Origin: Octopus sinensis
Lineage: Eukaryota
Direction: 5' to 3'
Length of the DNA stretch: 64,000 nt
Assembly (NCBI RefSeq): GCF_006345805.1
Contig: NC_043003.1
Coordinates: forward strand, 2,170,001-2,234,000
Part shown: positions 38,553-50,895 of the stretch, piece by piece
Numbering within the stretch: position 1 is the first letter of the stretch
Layout of the letters: each line of letters begins with the position of its first letter
Made by a program: the position numbers and the translations under genes
Notes under the pieces: generated by a model
Databases searched by the model: none
Told to the model about the DNA's origin: nothing
Seen by the model: the letters and a program-made list of their open reading frames with translations, nothing else

Positions 38553-38968
38553 AATAGAATTAATTCTCTACTTCAAACCTTTGTATCAAAAGCAAATTCA
38601 GAGGTTTTAAAACTTTAATACTCAGAATGGATTCTTTTAAAAAACATTTTCAGGCTAATGAAACTAGGAGAGTCCTCAGGAAATTTGGGTTTTTACAGAC
38701 GAGACATTGAAGCAGTAAAATGCAGAGCTGGCTTCCCTTCCATCACAAACACTGCAACGGAAGGAGAATGGCTCTTGCTGGAAGCAAAAAGCAGCTTGGT
38801 TAAGTGTTGTTCTAAAACAGCAGAGAGACTTCAGCTGTTAATCCATGCTGTTAATCCATTACCTGAACTTCTGCACTGTTGCATCATCATTCATGCATTT
38901 GACATAAAACTTGAAAAGAAATACACACACAACATTAACAGAATCATCAATAAAAACAATGTATATAC

Positions 38969-41050
38969 CTTCTTCGTATCACTTTTAAGAGGAGTTTCTG
39001 GTTGGTTTGGTAAAGTATCGTTGATAGTAAATGTAAAAGTCCGTGTGACTGGAATTCTTCTCCTCTGTCCACTACTAACACTTTCATCGACATTTCCATT
39101 GCTTTGACCATTTTGGGAGATTTTATTGTTGTTCACATTCAAATGTTTCACTTCTGGATCAACATAGCCCTCCACCTTTCTCGCTGCAATTCGCCGCTCA
39201 GCCTCCAGTTGCCATTCTGTTTTGATTTCTTCTTTAGAGTTCTGTCCAGAATGAGGTGTCTCGATTCTCTCAAATGCCTCTGGAATTGTTTTAAGTGCAG
39301 ACGGATTTTCCTTGTTTTCTTTGGCTGTCTCAGTTCTTAAACCGATTTTCTCACGCCGAGGCTTTGGTATAGGATTAACTCGATTATCAATAATATCAGA
39401 AGAGCCTTTGTTAGCAGGGGACACGTGCCCAGGGTGCAACTTAGTTGTAATAACACCTGAAGCTGGGCGGTTTGAATCGTTTCCTAAATGTTTTCCTCCG
39501 GGTTTTACCAGGGATTTTTCTGGCGAACGAGTTGAATGTATGTCTGTTGCAGATTCTGACAAAGCATTAGGTTTCACAGGCTTAGAAATTTCATAATTAT
39601 TCTTAGAGCTGGCAGCAGTAATTCCACCAGAAGAAGGTATGTCCATAGTCACTTGTCCTCTATTAATCTCTTGATGTGGTTTCAAATTTTGCTCATTTTT
39701 CATTATGGTACTTAAAGGAAAAGAAGGAACATTGTTTTTATCAGATTTTGCACCATCATCTGGTTTTTTGGTATCTGTTGGTTGTTCAGCAGCGCCTGGG
39801 GCAGCTTTAGAATACTCTTTAATTCTTTGCTGAATACTTGGAAGCTGTACCCTAAGAGATGCTCTTGTTTGCTTTCTAGGGGTGAACGAATTTGAGGCTG
39901 TAGGCGTTGAATTGGTAATTTCTTGTTCAGACTTTGATGAAGAATTTAAGGCAGCGTGAGGCTTGTTTTGATGATTTGTATGAGCAGTTATCACATCCGA
40001 TTCTTTTGCGGTTGAATTGATCAAAGATGTCTTATTTTTATTAAGATGTAGATGAGGATTCTTGAAGTTCTGTGAGTTGTCTCCTGACAAGGATTTCATG
40101 ATTGAAGGATTGGTAACTGTGGAAGTTGAGGTGTGTGACAGTTTGGTATTAGGCACATATGGCTCTGCTGGCAGTGGTGACGGGGGATCACTATTAGTAG
40201 GTGAAGAACCGGTACTCTGGCGTTGTCGAATACCAGCCAAGCTTTTCAGCAATCCTGAGACTACGAATTGTTCACTGTTGTCTTCTTTTAAATTTGTAAC
40301 AGATTTTTTATGCACAGTTGCTTGCATTTTTTTATCACCCATTGTCCGACTAGAGACTTGTTTCATGAGCTTAGGAGTATCTAATGAAGGATCTGATTCT
40401 GGTTTTGCAGCAGATTTTACTGATACAGTAGAGAAAGTCAAGTCATTTGTCTCTCTTTTTCGACCATCAGATCCCTCATGGAGGTTAGAGTCTCTATAGG
40501 GTGAAGTCTGAAAGGTTTTCTCAGAATTATAATTAGCAGGTTTTTCAAGCTGAGGAAAAGAATTTCCAGGTGAATTTGTTGAAGATTTTTTTGAGCTGGA
40601 ATCAATTTCCTTTAAATGAGCCTTTAACGCTGAAGAACTTTTCCTTCCATTGTCAATCATCTGTTCTTCTTCCATTTCTCTCTTGTACTGTTTTTCCGTT
40701 CTGAGGCGTTCTTCTGCTTTCTGAACTTGATCTTTCTTTTTGTCAAAGAGTTTGCCTCTTAATCTTAGTGATTTCTCATTTGCAGAAGGATCATTTTTAC
40801 TCGAATCCATAATATTTTTTGAAGTGGTTTTATCAATGGAGTTCATCGTGATGGTTGATGGTGTGGTGGTTTGCGTTCGTGTGGAATAGTCAGTTAAAAT
40901 TTTACTTGTAGGTGACATGTAACTTTTTCTAAAGCAGGATCTGTGATACAAGTTACCGTCCTCAATATGTTTTTCAATAAGATACACTTTGTCCTTACAC
41001 AGTACACAATAATCGCCACCCGAAGACTGCTTGGCTGGACTGGAACCACC
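38969..41050 (-). CDS. MICALL1/2: MICAL-like, 2082-nt coding exon 5 (LIM zinc finger plus long S/T/K/N/P-rich disordered region)
   Basis: Lies inside ORF 38891..41131. Acceptor tttcttcag|GGT, donor AAG|gtatat, 694 codons. Contains CVLCKDKVYLIEKHIEDGNLYHRSCFR (LIM finger 1) and a PKPRR motif. Confidence 0.9.
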
Positions 41051-41334
41051 CTGAAGAAAGGAAACAAAACAAAGGAAAGGTTTGAACATGAAAGACAAAA
41101 ACAACTGAAAATTACTATTTTTAAATCTCACAATGAGAGATATTCAGCCACAGTACTTTGTAGTAAAGATTGCTTGCCAACAAAACATGGCAGTCCTGGT
41201 TAACAGTAACATTAGTCCTAAAGCAGGACTGCCATGTTATGTTGGCAAACAATCTTTACTACAAAAACAGCTGATTTCTACAAAATTTATCCAGTGAAAG
41301 TTTTGTAGCAAATTCAATAACTATATTTTTTTAA

Positions 41335-42905
41335 ATTCTTTTATGTTTCAGTCATGTGACTGCAGCCATGCTGGAGCACAGCCTTCAGTCAAACAAATCG
41401 ACCCCAGAACTTAGTCCTTATAAGATCAGTCTCTTTTGCTGAACTGCTAAGTTACGGGGACGTAAACTCACCATTATCAGTTGTCAAGTGATGGTGGTGG
41501 GGACAAACACAGACACACATATATACACAATGGGCTTCTTTCGGTTTCCGTCTACGAAACCCACTCACGAGGCTTTGGTCGCCCAAGGCTATGGTAGAAG
41601 ACACTTGCCCAAGGTGCCACGCAGTGAGACTGAACCTGGAACCATGTGTTTGGGAAGCAAGCTTCTTATCACAAGCCACCCCTGCACCTATATATATTGT
41701 GTTGTGACCCCCTTCGGTCATGAACGACCATGGGATTGCACCTAGAAAGTTACCCTCCCAGGCACAAGTCAGGGCAAGGTTGTTTATGGAAGACCAGCAG
41801 TCACCCATGCACACCAACCTCCCCTCTCCACACCACTGATGTTATCCAAGGGAAAGGCAAAGGGGCCGATACAGCTTGGCACCAGTGACGTCGCAGCTCA
41901 TTTATTAACATGCAAGTGGCTGAGTACTCCACAGACACATGTAGCTTTAACGTAGTTCTCGGGGAGATTCAGCATGACACAGAGTGTGACAAGTCTAGCC
42001 CTTTGAAATACAGATACAACAGAAACAGGAAGAAAGAGTGAGAGAAAGTTGTGGGGAAAGAGTACAGCAGAGTTCACCACCACCCACAGCCTCGTGGAGC
42101 TTTTAGGTGTTTTTGTTCAATAAACACTCACAATGCCTGGTCTGGGAATCGAAACCGTGATCCTACGACTGCAAGTCCACAGACCTAACCACTGGGCCAT
42201 TGCGCCTCCACTATATATATATATATATATATATATGACAGGCTTCTTTCAGTTTCCATCTATGAAACCCACTCACGAGGCTTTGGTTGCCCAAGGCTAT
42301 AGTAGAAGGCACTTGCCCAAGGTGCCATGCAGTGGGACTGAACCCGGAACCATGTGGTTGGTAAGCAAGCTACTTACCACACAGCCACTCCTATACTTAT
42401 GAAAACATTTCTTTACTGGGTCCTCAACAAGTGACAGGAATTGAAAATGTGGACAGAAATCATTGAAGAGGGAAGGTTGCAAAATGGGAGAAATATGTAA
42501 CATACTTCTATCTTTCTCACTTGTTTCAGTCATTCGACTATGGCCATGCTGGGGCACTGCCATGAAGAATTCTTAGTTGAATGAATTAACCCCAGGACTT
42601 TTTTTTATCTATTTTTTTAAAGCCTCGTACTTATTTTATCAGCTTCTTTGATCAAACCGCTAAGTTACGGGGACATAAAACACCAACACTGGTCGTCAAA
42701 CAAGGGAAGTGGGGGACAGAAACAAGAATGTGTACACACACACAATGGGCTTCTTTCAGTTTCCATCTACCAAACCTACTCACAAGGCTTTGGTCGACCT
42801 GAGGTTGAAGTAGAAGACACTTTTCCAAGGTGCCACACACACCGGGAGTGAACTTGGAACCACGTGGTTGGGAAGCAATCTTCTTACCACATGGCCATGC
42901 TTCTG
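41335..42905 (-). mobile_element. Cluster of SINEs (family A at about 41335-41690, 42235-42395 and 42510-42905; family C at about 41700-42210)
   Basis: Repeated gaagacacttgcccaaggtgcca and gggactgaaccc motifs. Family C head gtggaggcgcaatggcccagtggttagg on the reverse strand at about 42190-42212. Confidence 0.8.
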
Positions 42906-43866
42906 CTTATTGCTACATATCTAACGAGCAGTTACTACGAACTTCTTCTTTAAACACAACATCATACATTCCAGTGGGATTTGATCTTAGAATGTCAGGC
43001 AGAAAGCTACTCTATCCGCTTAGTAACTGCTCATCATCATCATCATCAATATCATATCAGTATTCACTAGCAACAAAGGCTGGATGATTTGACAGGATCT
43101 CATGGGCCCAAGGGTTGCATTGTGCTACAAATGTCTACTTTGGCATGAATTCTAAAAGGTGGCTGCCCCTCCTATTGCCAAACACTTTATAGCATGCACT
43201 GGGTGCTTTTTTTTTTCATGCCACTAGCACAAATGAGGCCATTATGCAGTTTGCAAAATTAGGAACCCTGGGGGAGCAACCTTACACTAGAAGATGAGGT
43301 AAAAGATGGGCAAAGTATGAGAGATAAGGGCCAGAGCAGAAAAAGGGCCAGAGTAGAGCAGGTTTCTTGCTATAGTGGAGCTACATGACTTCTTACATTT
43401 TAGAAGAGAGGTGGGAGAGATTGAGTGGGACTGGAGTAGTAGTAGTAGTAGTAGCAGCAGTAGTATGGAGGCATGTGCTGTAACAGCATGTTGCTGCATC
43501 CACCAGGTGTTGGTGATTCCCTACACTAGACAGATGATGCCCCTGCACTACTCAGGTGACAACCCTCTAACCCAGTGGTTCCCAGACCCCTGGTAGTCTG
43601 CAAAGGTAGTACCAGGGGTCCATGAACTAAAATTAAAATTTCACCCCTTTTAGTCACCATTTACAACACAGAGGAAATGTTGGGTCTATTCTTTGAAATA
43701 CTGGTCCTCTCACAGCACTAGAGCAATGTGAAATAAAGTGTTTTGCTCAAAAAACACAATATACTGCTTGGTCCAGGAATTGAACCCACAAACTGGTAAC
43801 TGTGAGTGCAACACCCTAACCACTAGGCCACTAGGAACTGGAGAGTGATTAAAACTGATTCCGTAC

Positions 43867-43997
43867 CTTTTTCGAGTTATCTTCTTTACTTGGTGTCAAT
43901 CTCTTCGGTTCAAACTTCTCATAAGGTTCACTGTCCGGGTGTCGCTTCATTCCGATCGATATATGAGATTTACATTTTTGGACGTCTGGGCCTCCCA
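43867..43997 (-). CDS. MICALL1/2: MICAL-like, coding exon 4 (CH-LIM linker)
   Basis: ttttcctag|TG GGA...AAA AAG|gtacgg encodes (L)GGPDVQKCKSHISIGMKRHPDSEPYEKFEPKRLTPSKEDNSKK. It is open, bridges phase 1 to phase 0 exactly, and has the GG..G.KR linker pattern of MICAL-like proteins. Confidence 0.88.
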
Positions 43998-44974
43998 CTA
44001 GGAAAATAAAACAAGTTTATTTACAAACAAATCAAAATCATAAAAATCATGTCAGGAATTTATGATTAAAGCACCAACATTAATTAAGGTCGATGATTTA
44101 TAATGTTTTGTACAGCAAATACGAACTGATATGCAAAGCTGCTGCACTCCAAATATCACAGCATCTGATAATTTTCACATCCTCACTGAAAATCGTTTTG
44201 TTCAATATTTGCCGCATTTTCTTTCCTTTTTCATCCCCCCCCCCAACCCCCAGCCACCCAGACTTAAAACCAGGTCCCTTACAACTAATGACTCAGAAGT
44301 AGAGACTGACACAGTTGTGAAGCTGCACAACTGGAATTGATGAATGAACCATTGTCAGAGTTCTCACAGATGTCAGTTTGGCAAACTCATTAGTAACAAC
44401 AACAATAATAATAAAAAAACAATAAAAAACAAAACTTTAGCTGTTATTGTTATGACAACTCCATAGAAACTCCAAGGTCAAAGTTACATCTCTAAATTCA
44501 CATTTCTTTTTCAGAACTAGAAAACACTTCAGATCTGAACAATAGTTGGTCCCATATGAGGGATAAGTTTGCCCTAATTAGGCATACAGCCAATACACAC
44601 ACACACACTCTCTCTCCTATTATACATCCATTAGAGACAAATCTTCAACGCTGTCGGACCACCTACCCCGTCACGAAGCTGGATCTTCCACTGCTACTAC
44701 AATCATTTTTAATCTCTAAATTTGCTGACAGTAAATAATTTTTCACTTAAATCTATTCGTCCCACCCAGATTTTCTCTTTCTGTCACTCTTTGCTCTGTC
44801 TTAACTAAAAATGACTCCCTCTGGAACTACCTTCCTACAAACCCTCAAACTGAACACTAATTAAGCCACCTCATCTAATTAACCGTTTCAGTCACTTTTG
44901 CAGAACAAAGAAAGGCTAACAGTACTTCCTGGTCTTCATGAGATTAAATAATTTTTTTTTTTAAATGGTACACA

Positions 44975-45255
44975 CGTAAAATGCCAGCGCCGCCTCGACT
45001 GGCTTCTGTGCCGGTGGCACATAAAAACATCCATCCGAACGTGGCCAATGCCAGACTCCCCTGGCACCTGTGCCGGTGGCACGTAAAAAGCACCCACTAC
45101 ACTCGCGGAGTGGTTGGCGTTAGGAAGGGCATCCAGCTGTAGAAACCTTGCCAGACCAGACTGGTGCAGCCCCTGGCTTCCGAGACCCCGGTCGAACCGT
45201 CCAACCTGTGCTAGCGCAGAAAACGGACGTTAAACGATGATGATGATGATGATAT
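44975..45255 (+). mobile_element. RTE 3' tail copy with (GAT)n end
   Basis: Matches 63000-63216. An opposite-strand copy follows at about 45415-45600. Confidence 0.85.
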
Positions 45256-46519
45256 ATATATATATATCTTTCTGATTATTCAAGCATAAACATGATAATA
45301 TGAAAGACTACGTGGATAGACCAATCTTTCGAAAGGAAGTGAAAATAGAATAAATATAAACTTGAAAATATGCAAATTAAAAGGAAAGAAAGAGCTTGAG
45401 TAATTATAATCTATTCATCATCATTTAACATCCGTTGTCCATGCTGGCATGGGTTGGACGGTTTGACCAGGGCTGGTAAGCTGGAAGGCTGCACCAGACC
45501 CCGGACTGATTCGGTATGGTTTCTACGGCTGGATGCCCTTCCTAATGCCAACCACTTCAAGAGTGTAAACGGGTGCTTTTACATGCCACTGGTATAGGTG
45601 CCATTTGTGTGACACCACTATCTGCCAAAACTGCAATGTTATTTGACTCGATGGGTCTTCTTCTGAAGCATGACATAATACCAAAGGTCTCAGTCATTAT
45701 CCCCTTGAGGCCCAACACTCGAAAGGAGCTAGGCCACTTTGCCTCCTTCAGGCCCAATCTGTACATTTTTTTTCTTTTCGTGAGCCCTAGGATCCAAAAG
45801 GGGCCGGTCATCCAGTTTCCATGGTGTATAAGTGACCAAAGTCACAGCATTCCGAATGCAGGGTCCAAAGCCAGGAATTATGAAAAGTTGATTACTTCAA
45901 CCCCTGTAAATTACTTGAGTGGCATTTTACTTTATCAACCATCAAGGGATGAAAAACAAAGTTGACCTGAGAAGGATTTGAACTCAGAGCGTAAACAACT
46001 GGAAAAAATGCTGCTAAACATTTTGTTTGATGTGCAAACAGAACACCATTTTAGCCAGTAATTCACAATAACACAGGCCACCCCCCCCCAAAAAATGCTC
46101 CCTGTTATCAAAAAATCTGGGCCTGATCTAATTGTTTTGACACAAGGAATGCAAAAATGACAACCATTTACTACCATTATGTCAAGATTTTAGGATACTG
46201 GATCCATAGAATTCTATTGTTGTTTCTTTACAATAAAAATAGCTTATGAGGAACAAGGCATAACATACAGACACACATAGAAATTAGTTTATCTTCAAAA
46301 ACAGAACATTTTCTTAAAATTCTGAAAAACTAGTAAAAATCTTTAAATTTCTATAGACAAATTACATCATTGTTTGTGCCTAATTCCCCATGAATTTGCA
46401 TTTGGATGATGTTCTTGAGTGCTGAACCTTTTAGTAAGATCACAAGCCAAGTTCCACCAAAAGTCCACCATCATGCACAAGTCCCATCTGCCAAATCAAA
46501 CAACATACATCCCAGTTTC

Positions 46520-46985
46520 TTATTTCTTTACTGCCCACAAGGGGCTAAACAACGACAGACAAAGGTATTAAGTCGATTACATGAACCCCAGTGCGTAAGT
46601 GGTACTTATTTATAAAGGTGGCGAGCTGGCAGAAACGTTAGCACGCCGGGCGAAATGCTTAGCCGTATTTCGTCTGCATTACGTTGTGAGTTCAAATTCC
46701 GCTGAGGTCAACTTTGCCTTTCATCCTTTCGGGGTCGATAAATTAAGTACCAGTTGCGCACTGGGGTCGATGTAATCGACTTAATACCTATGTCTGTCCT
46801 TGTTTGTTCCCTCTGTGTTTAGCCCCTTGTGGGTAATAAAGAAATAGGTACTTATTTTATCGACCCCGAAAGGATGAAAAGCAAAGTCAACCTCGGCAGA
46901 ATTTGAACTCAGAATGTAACAGCAGATGAAATACCACTAAGCATTTCGTCTGGCGTGCTAACGCTTCTGCCAGCTTGCTGCCTTA
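46520..46985. mobile_element. SINE family B (+, 46612-46846) inserted into an older family B copy (-), with an 11-bp target-site duplication
   Basis: GGTACTTATTT at 46601-46611 and 46847-46857 flanks the inner copy. The outer pieces rejoin into one reverse-strand copy. Confidence 0.88.
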
Positions 46986-47124
46986 CAACAAGATATACCG
47001 CAGTCTCCGAGTCGTTAGCTGAATACGAAACCCAACCAATGGCAACTCTTCTACAATTCTTATGACATAATCTATAAATATTTTATTTATAATAAACAGA
47101 AGATGTTGATTACTGAAAACTCAC

Positions 47125-47263
47125 GTTTTTCTTTGTCCTTGAAGTAACTGTACAAACTTGCAACGTAGGTGATGACACTAAGTTTGTCTGGGACTTGGAG
47201 GTCTTCCATATCTTTAGCCTCCAAGAGAGCAGTGACCCCAAGTTGTTCAGCAACAGTGAAAGC
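47125..47263 (-). CDS. MICALL1/2: MICAL-like, coding exon 3 (end of CH domain)
   Basis: ttcctaaag|GCT...AAA C|gtgagt encodes [46 protein letters not shown], with the CH C-terminal [10 protein letters not shown] motif. Phase 0 in, phase 1 out. Confidence 0.95.
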
Positions 47264-47544
47264 CTTTAGGAATAAATTTAACAATATTAAATGCATAATT
47301 TGATGCACAAAACAAGTTGGAATTTGGATTTAATGAAAAAAAATTTTTTTTTTAAACACTGGTAAAGGACTATTTGGGGTTTTTTAGCAAAATTCTGTTT
47401 TTAGCAAAATGCTTGTTCTTGGCAAGGATCAGCAAGTTCTGTTGTAAAACTTATAACCAATCATTTTGGTTTCATATCAAATCTTCTCTCTCCCATTCTC
47501 AGTGATCCAGAAGTCCCTTTGGCATCGACCTGATATCGTCTATC

Positions 47545-47890
47545 TTTTACTTATTTCAATCATTGAACTGTGGCCATGCTGGGGCACCACACTGAAGAAT
47601 GTGCTGTTGAATGAATCAACTGCAGGACTTGTTTATTTTCTTTTCCTTGTTTTTAAACCTGGTACATATTCTGTCAATCTCTTTTGTTGAACCGCTAAAC
47701 ATAGCAACACAAGTTGTCAAGTAGTAGTGGTGGTGGGGGACAAACAGACAGACACGGGCTTCATTCAGTTCCCACCTACCAAATCCACTCGCAAGGCTTT
47801 GGTTGACCCCAAGCCTATAGAAGAAGGCACTTGCCCAAGGTGCCACACTGGGACAGAATCCAGAACCATCCAGTTCTTACCACACGGCCA
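47545..47890 (-). mobile_element. SINE family A (diverged)
   Basis: Tail, CORE-like box and head motifs on the reverse strand. Confidence 0.75.
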
Positions 47891-48864
47891 CAAGATTTTT
47901 ATATTTTATTTTAGTTGCTATTTTGCTTGATATGTTTTTATATTTTCCAGACTTGTCTCTTTGCCAAGCAAGGGATTCGGTCTGAGATGGTTTGTTGAGA
48001 CTAAAACAATTGCAGCGTTAAAGACACTTCTATTTGCCATTCATTCAACAACAGAGAATCTATCAGCTTCACTTGGTACCATGAAAATCTTGACATCAAT
48101 CCACAAAATGCCGAAGTGAAGCTGACCGTTTTTCAGAGTTGTTCTATGGCTAATATATGCATTCCATGCAGTAACATTTTTCATCTTTTTTTGCCGTATC
48201 TTGAATGCCTCATATCCAAAACAGAGTAATCCATAAAAATACAAAAAACATTTAAAAACAAAGAAAACCTATAACAAAATATAAAAGTTTCAAAAGAATT
48301 CACACTTAAGCAAAAAAAATACTTTGTTCTCTTGGGAAAACATGAATTTGTATTTGCATTACAATACAAACTGGAATGTAAAATTCAGTAAAAATATATT
48401 TAAGTTTACCATTATTATCAAAATAAAATTGATTTTCCAGGAAAAAAAAAAAATGATCATATGACATTCCCTAATGGAACAGGTGTACTTTTATACAATA
48501 AAGTTCAAAGGTCAATTTTAAACTTGACCTTTCTTTTAGTTAGGATACTAAAACCTTTCCAATGTATTTTAGACAGTTATGGTAGATTTTACTAAGCATA
48601 CTTTTTCTATGCAACATAATACTAAAGGAAAGTCAGTGGGTCTTATACAAAAGACATTTTTTCTGGGGGTTTCATTGACTGCAATTAGAGTCACACTTTA
48701 TAATGTGGGTGTGATTCCACAAATAAATGAAGTCACAAGTTATTTTGGGATCCGACACAAAAGCACATATTTAAAAGACAAAAGCCAACATGTAGGTGAT
48801 GTGTGATAGGAGACAATAGGATAACATTAGAAACCAATTTACATTATTAAAGGAATAAACTTAC

Positions 48865-48913
48865 CAGATGGTTGTTGTAAAAGACATTTTCTTTGCAAAG
48901 AGAATCAAAGTTT
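48865..48913 (-). CDS. MICALL1/2: MICAL-like, 49-nt coding exon 2 (CH domain)
   Basis: ttcttccccag|A AAC TTT...CAT CTG|gtaagt encodes (I)NFDSLCKENVFYNNHL. Phase 2 in and phase 0 out fit both neighbouring exons. Confidence 0.93.
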
Positions 48914-50599
48914 CTGGGGAAGAAAGTAAAAGAAAAATTTGTTAGTAAAGTGTACAATGCTTGTTTGCCAAGAGTACCATACTCTTGTTTGCCAAGAGTA
49001 CCATACTCACCAGTCAAGAATATAACATTTGTTAGTTAAGAATATATTTGGCATTCAAGAACGCAACTTTTGTCGGTCAAGAATATGTTAGAAGAAAATA
49101 ATCCTCCAGTGCCGTTTTCTCCTAACATCATAGCATCCGAATCTTAGTAAAGACTGCAACACAAAAACTGGCTGCTCTCTACAGAACCAGAATGTTCTTT
49201 GGCTCCAAACAGTTGAAGAACTCATAATAAAGGTCAAATGAGACCCACAATGGAATACCACTCCTATTTCTGGAATGGTGACTGCTACTCCATACTCCAG
49301 GACTGCATCTCCAAAAAAAGACCGTTTGACAGATTGGTACATAATGACTCACCAACGTCCTTCACTCTCTGACCCTCCCTCCTTACTTTGATTGGTCTAT
49401 TACAATCACTAACTTCTACCATAGTGGCCACTACTCCTCGGGAGTATCAGGATTTGCACCATCACCATCCAGACTCACATAATTCATCTTTTATAATCAT
49501 TTGAAGTAGGGAGGTCTTGTCTTGCAAGTAATTGCTGGTCTCATTAATGCTGGTACCATGAAAGGCAGCCAGTACACCCTGTAAAGTGTTTGGCATTAGG
49601 AAGGGCTTCCAGCCATGGAAACCATGCCAAAGCAGGCAATTGAAGCTCAACTCGTTCCTTGGGCTTGTCGGTTCTTGTTGAACCATCCAACCCATGCCAG
49701 CATGGAAAAAAAAATTGTCAAATGATGATGAGGACGACTTCTGTCACCCATATCATCCACCCCATTCTGTATTTTGCATAAACCGAGTCTTTCTTTTTAG
49801 AATGTAGGTTCTCTGGAATTCTCTCCCTCCCAACGCTTTTGTAGAGGTTGACCAGAAATTCAAGAAAACCAATCCGATTCGTTCAACCTCATCAACCACA
49901 AATAATTACAAAAGGCTGAAAGCAAAGCTTTATCTTCCAATCCATAGAAAGCAAAAGCTGTATCTGCAGTAAACCTGGTTCAATACGGAAGGCCTCGGCA
50001 AAAAGAACAAATTTCCAGTTCTCTGTAGAGACCAGGTGAAATGTAAATTATTATATCACCCAGTTGAAATTTAGACAACAAAATGTTTTCTGCAGAACTA
50101 ATGCAAAAATAACACTTTCTAATAGACTACAAAGATACAAAACCTTCAATATTTACACATATTGGTGATGAACACTTCACTGCCACCATTTCTCTTGCTA
50201 ATCTCTTTTGCAAAGAAATAGTTTTATACAAAATATTAGTAGTCTGGAGGGATACAGAACCACATTATTTGTTCCCAGGTCTATCCTGACCTGGAGTAGT
50301 AACACCTATCAGGGCCCAAGCATGTCCCACACAGACAACCCAATGGGCCTAGGACAGATAAAGCCCTTCAGTTCTTTAGCTACTCATCTGAGAAAAGGTA
50401 ACTTCGTACAAACCCTACGTCCTGATAACTTAATGGCATCATAGGCACTTGGTGCAGGAGACCAATACAGGTTTGAAAGATGAGAGAGAGTGGGAGTGGA
50501 TCTGCACAATCCATGACCCCTATAGTAATAATAAGAGCACTCAGAGAGTGCAAACCTCCACCAAGGCAACACCAACGTCCTTTCAACGATTAGCCAGGG

Positions 50600-50895
50600 A
50601 TGATTTTTAAAATGAGAATATCTAAAATAATCTCGATTGCTCTCACAAACGAGAATCCTAAAAATGAACCTGACCACTCTCAAAAATTAAGTAAAAAAAC
50701 CGGAAAAATAATTCAGAACCCTTGTCCAGTACCAGATTGATCCCAAAATATAATCAGTCCATGCCAGTCACGAGGCCAAACATTCCTTAAAGTTTCATCT
50801 GAATCCATCGAGCGGTTCTTGAGATATCTTGTCCATGGACAAACAAACAAATGCGACTGAAAACAATACTTCTGCCTTCGCTAAGGCAGAGGTAA
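50600..50895 (-). mobile_element. Helentron/Helitron2-associated non-autonomous element (HINE-like)
   Basis: Terminal hairpin tacttctgcctt-cgct-aaggcagaggta (50867-50894), an (ACAA)n tract and the aagtttcatctgaatccatcgagcggttcttgagata motif, which are typical of this group. Confidence 0.55.

Noticed and set aside
38658-40499. Plus-strand ORFs overlapping the giant exon
   Set aside because: Antisense shadows of the real minus-strand coding exon.
49088-49342. Minus-strand 84-aa ORF
   Set aside because: No splice or phase fit to the gene and no motif I can identify.
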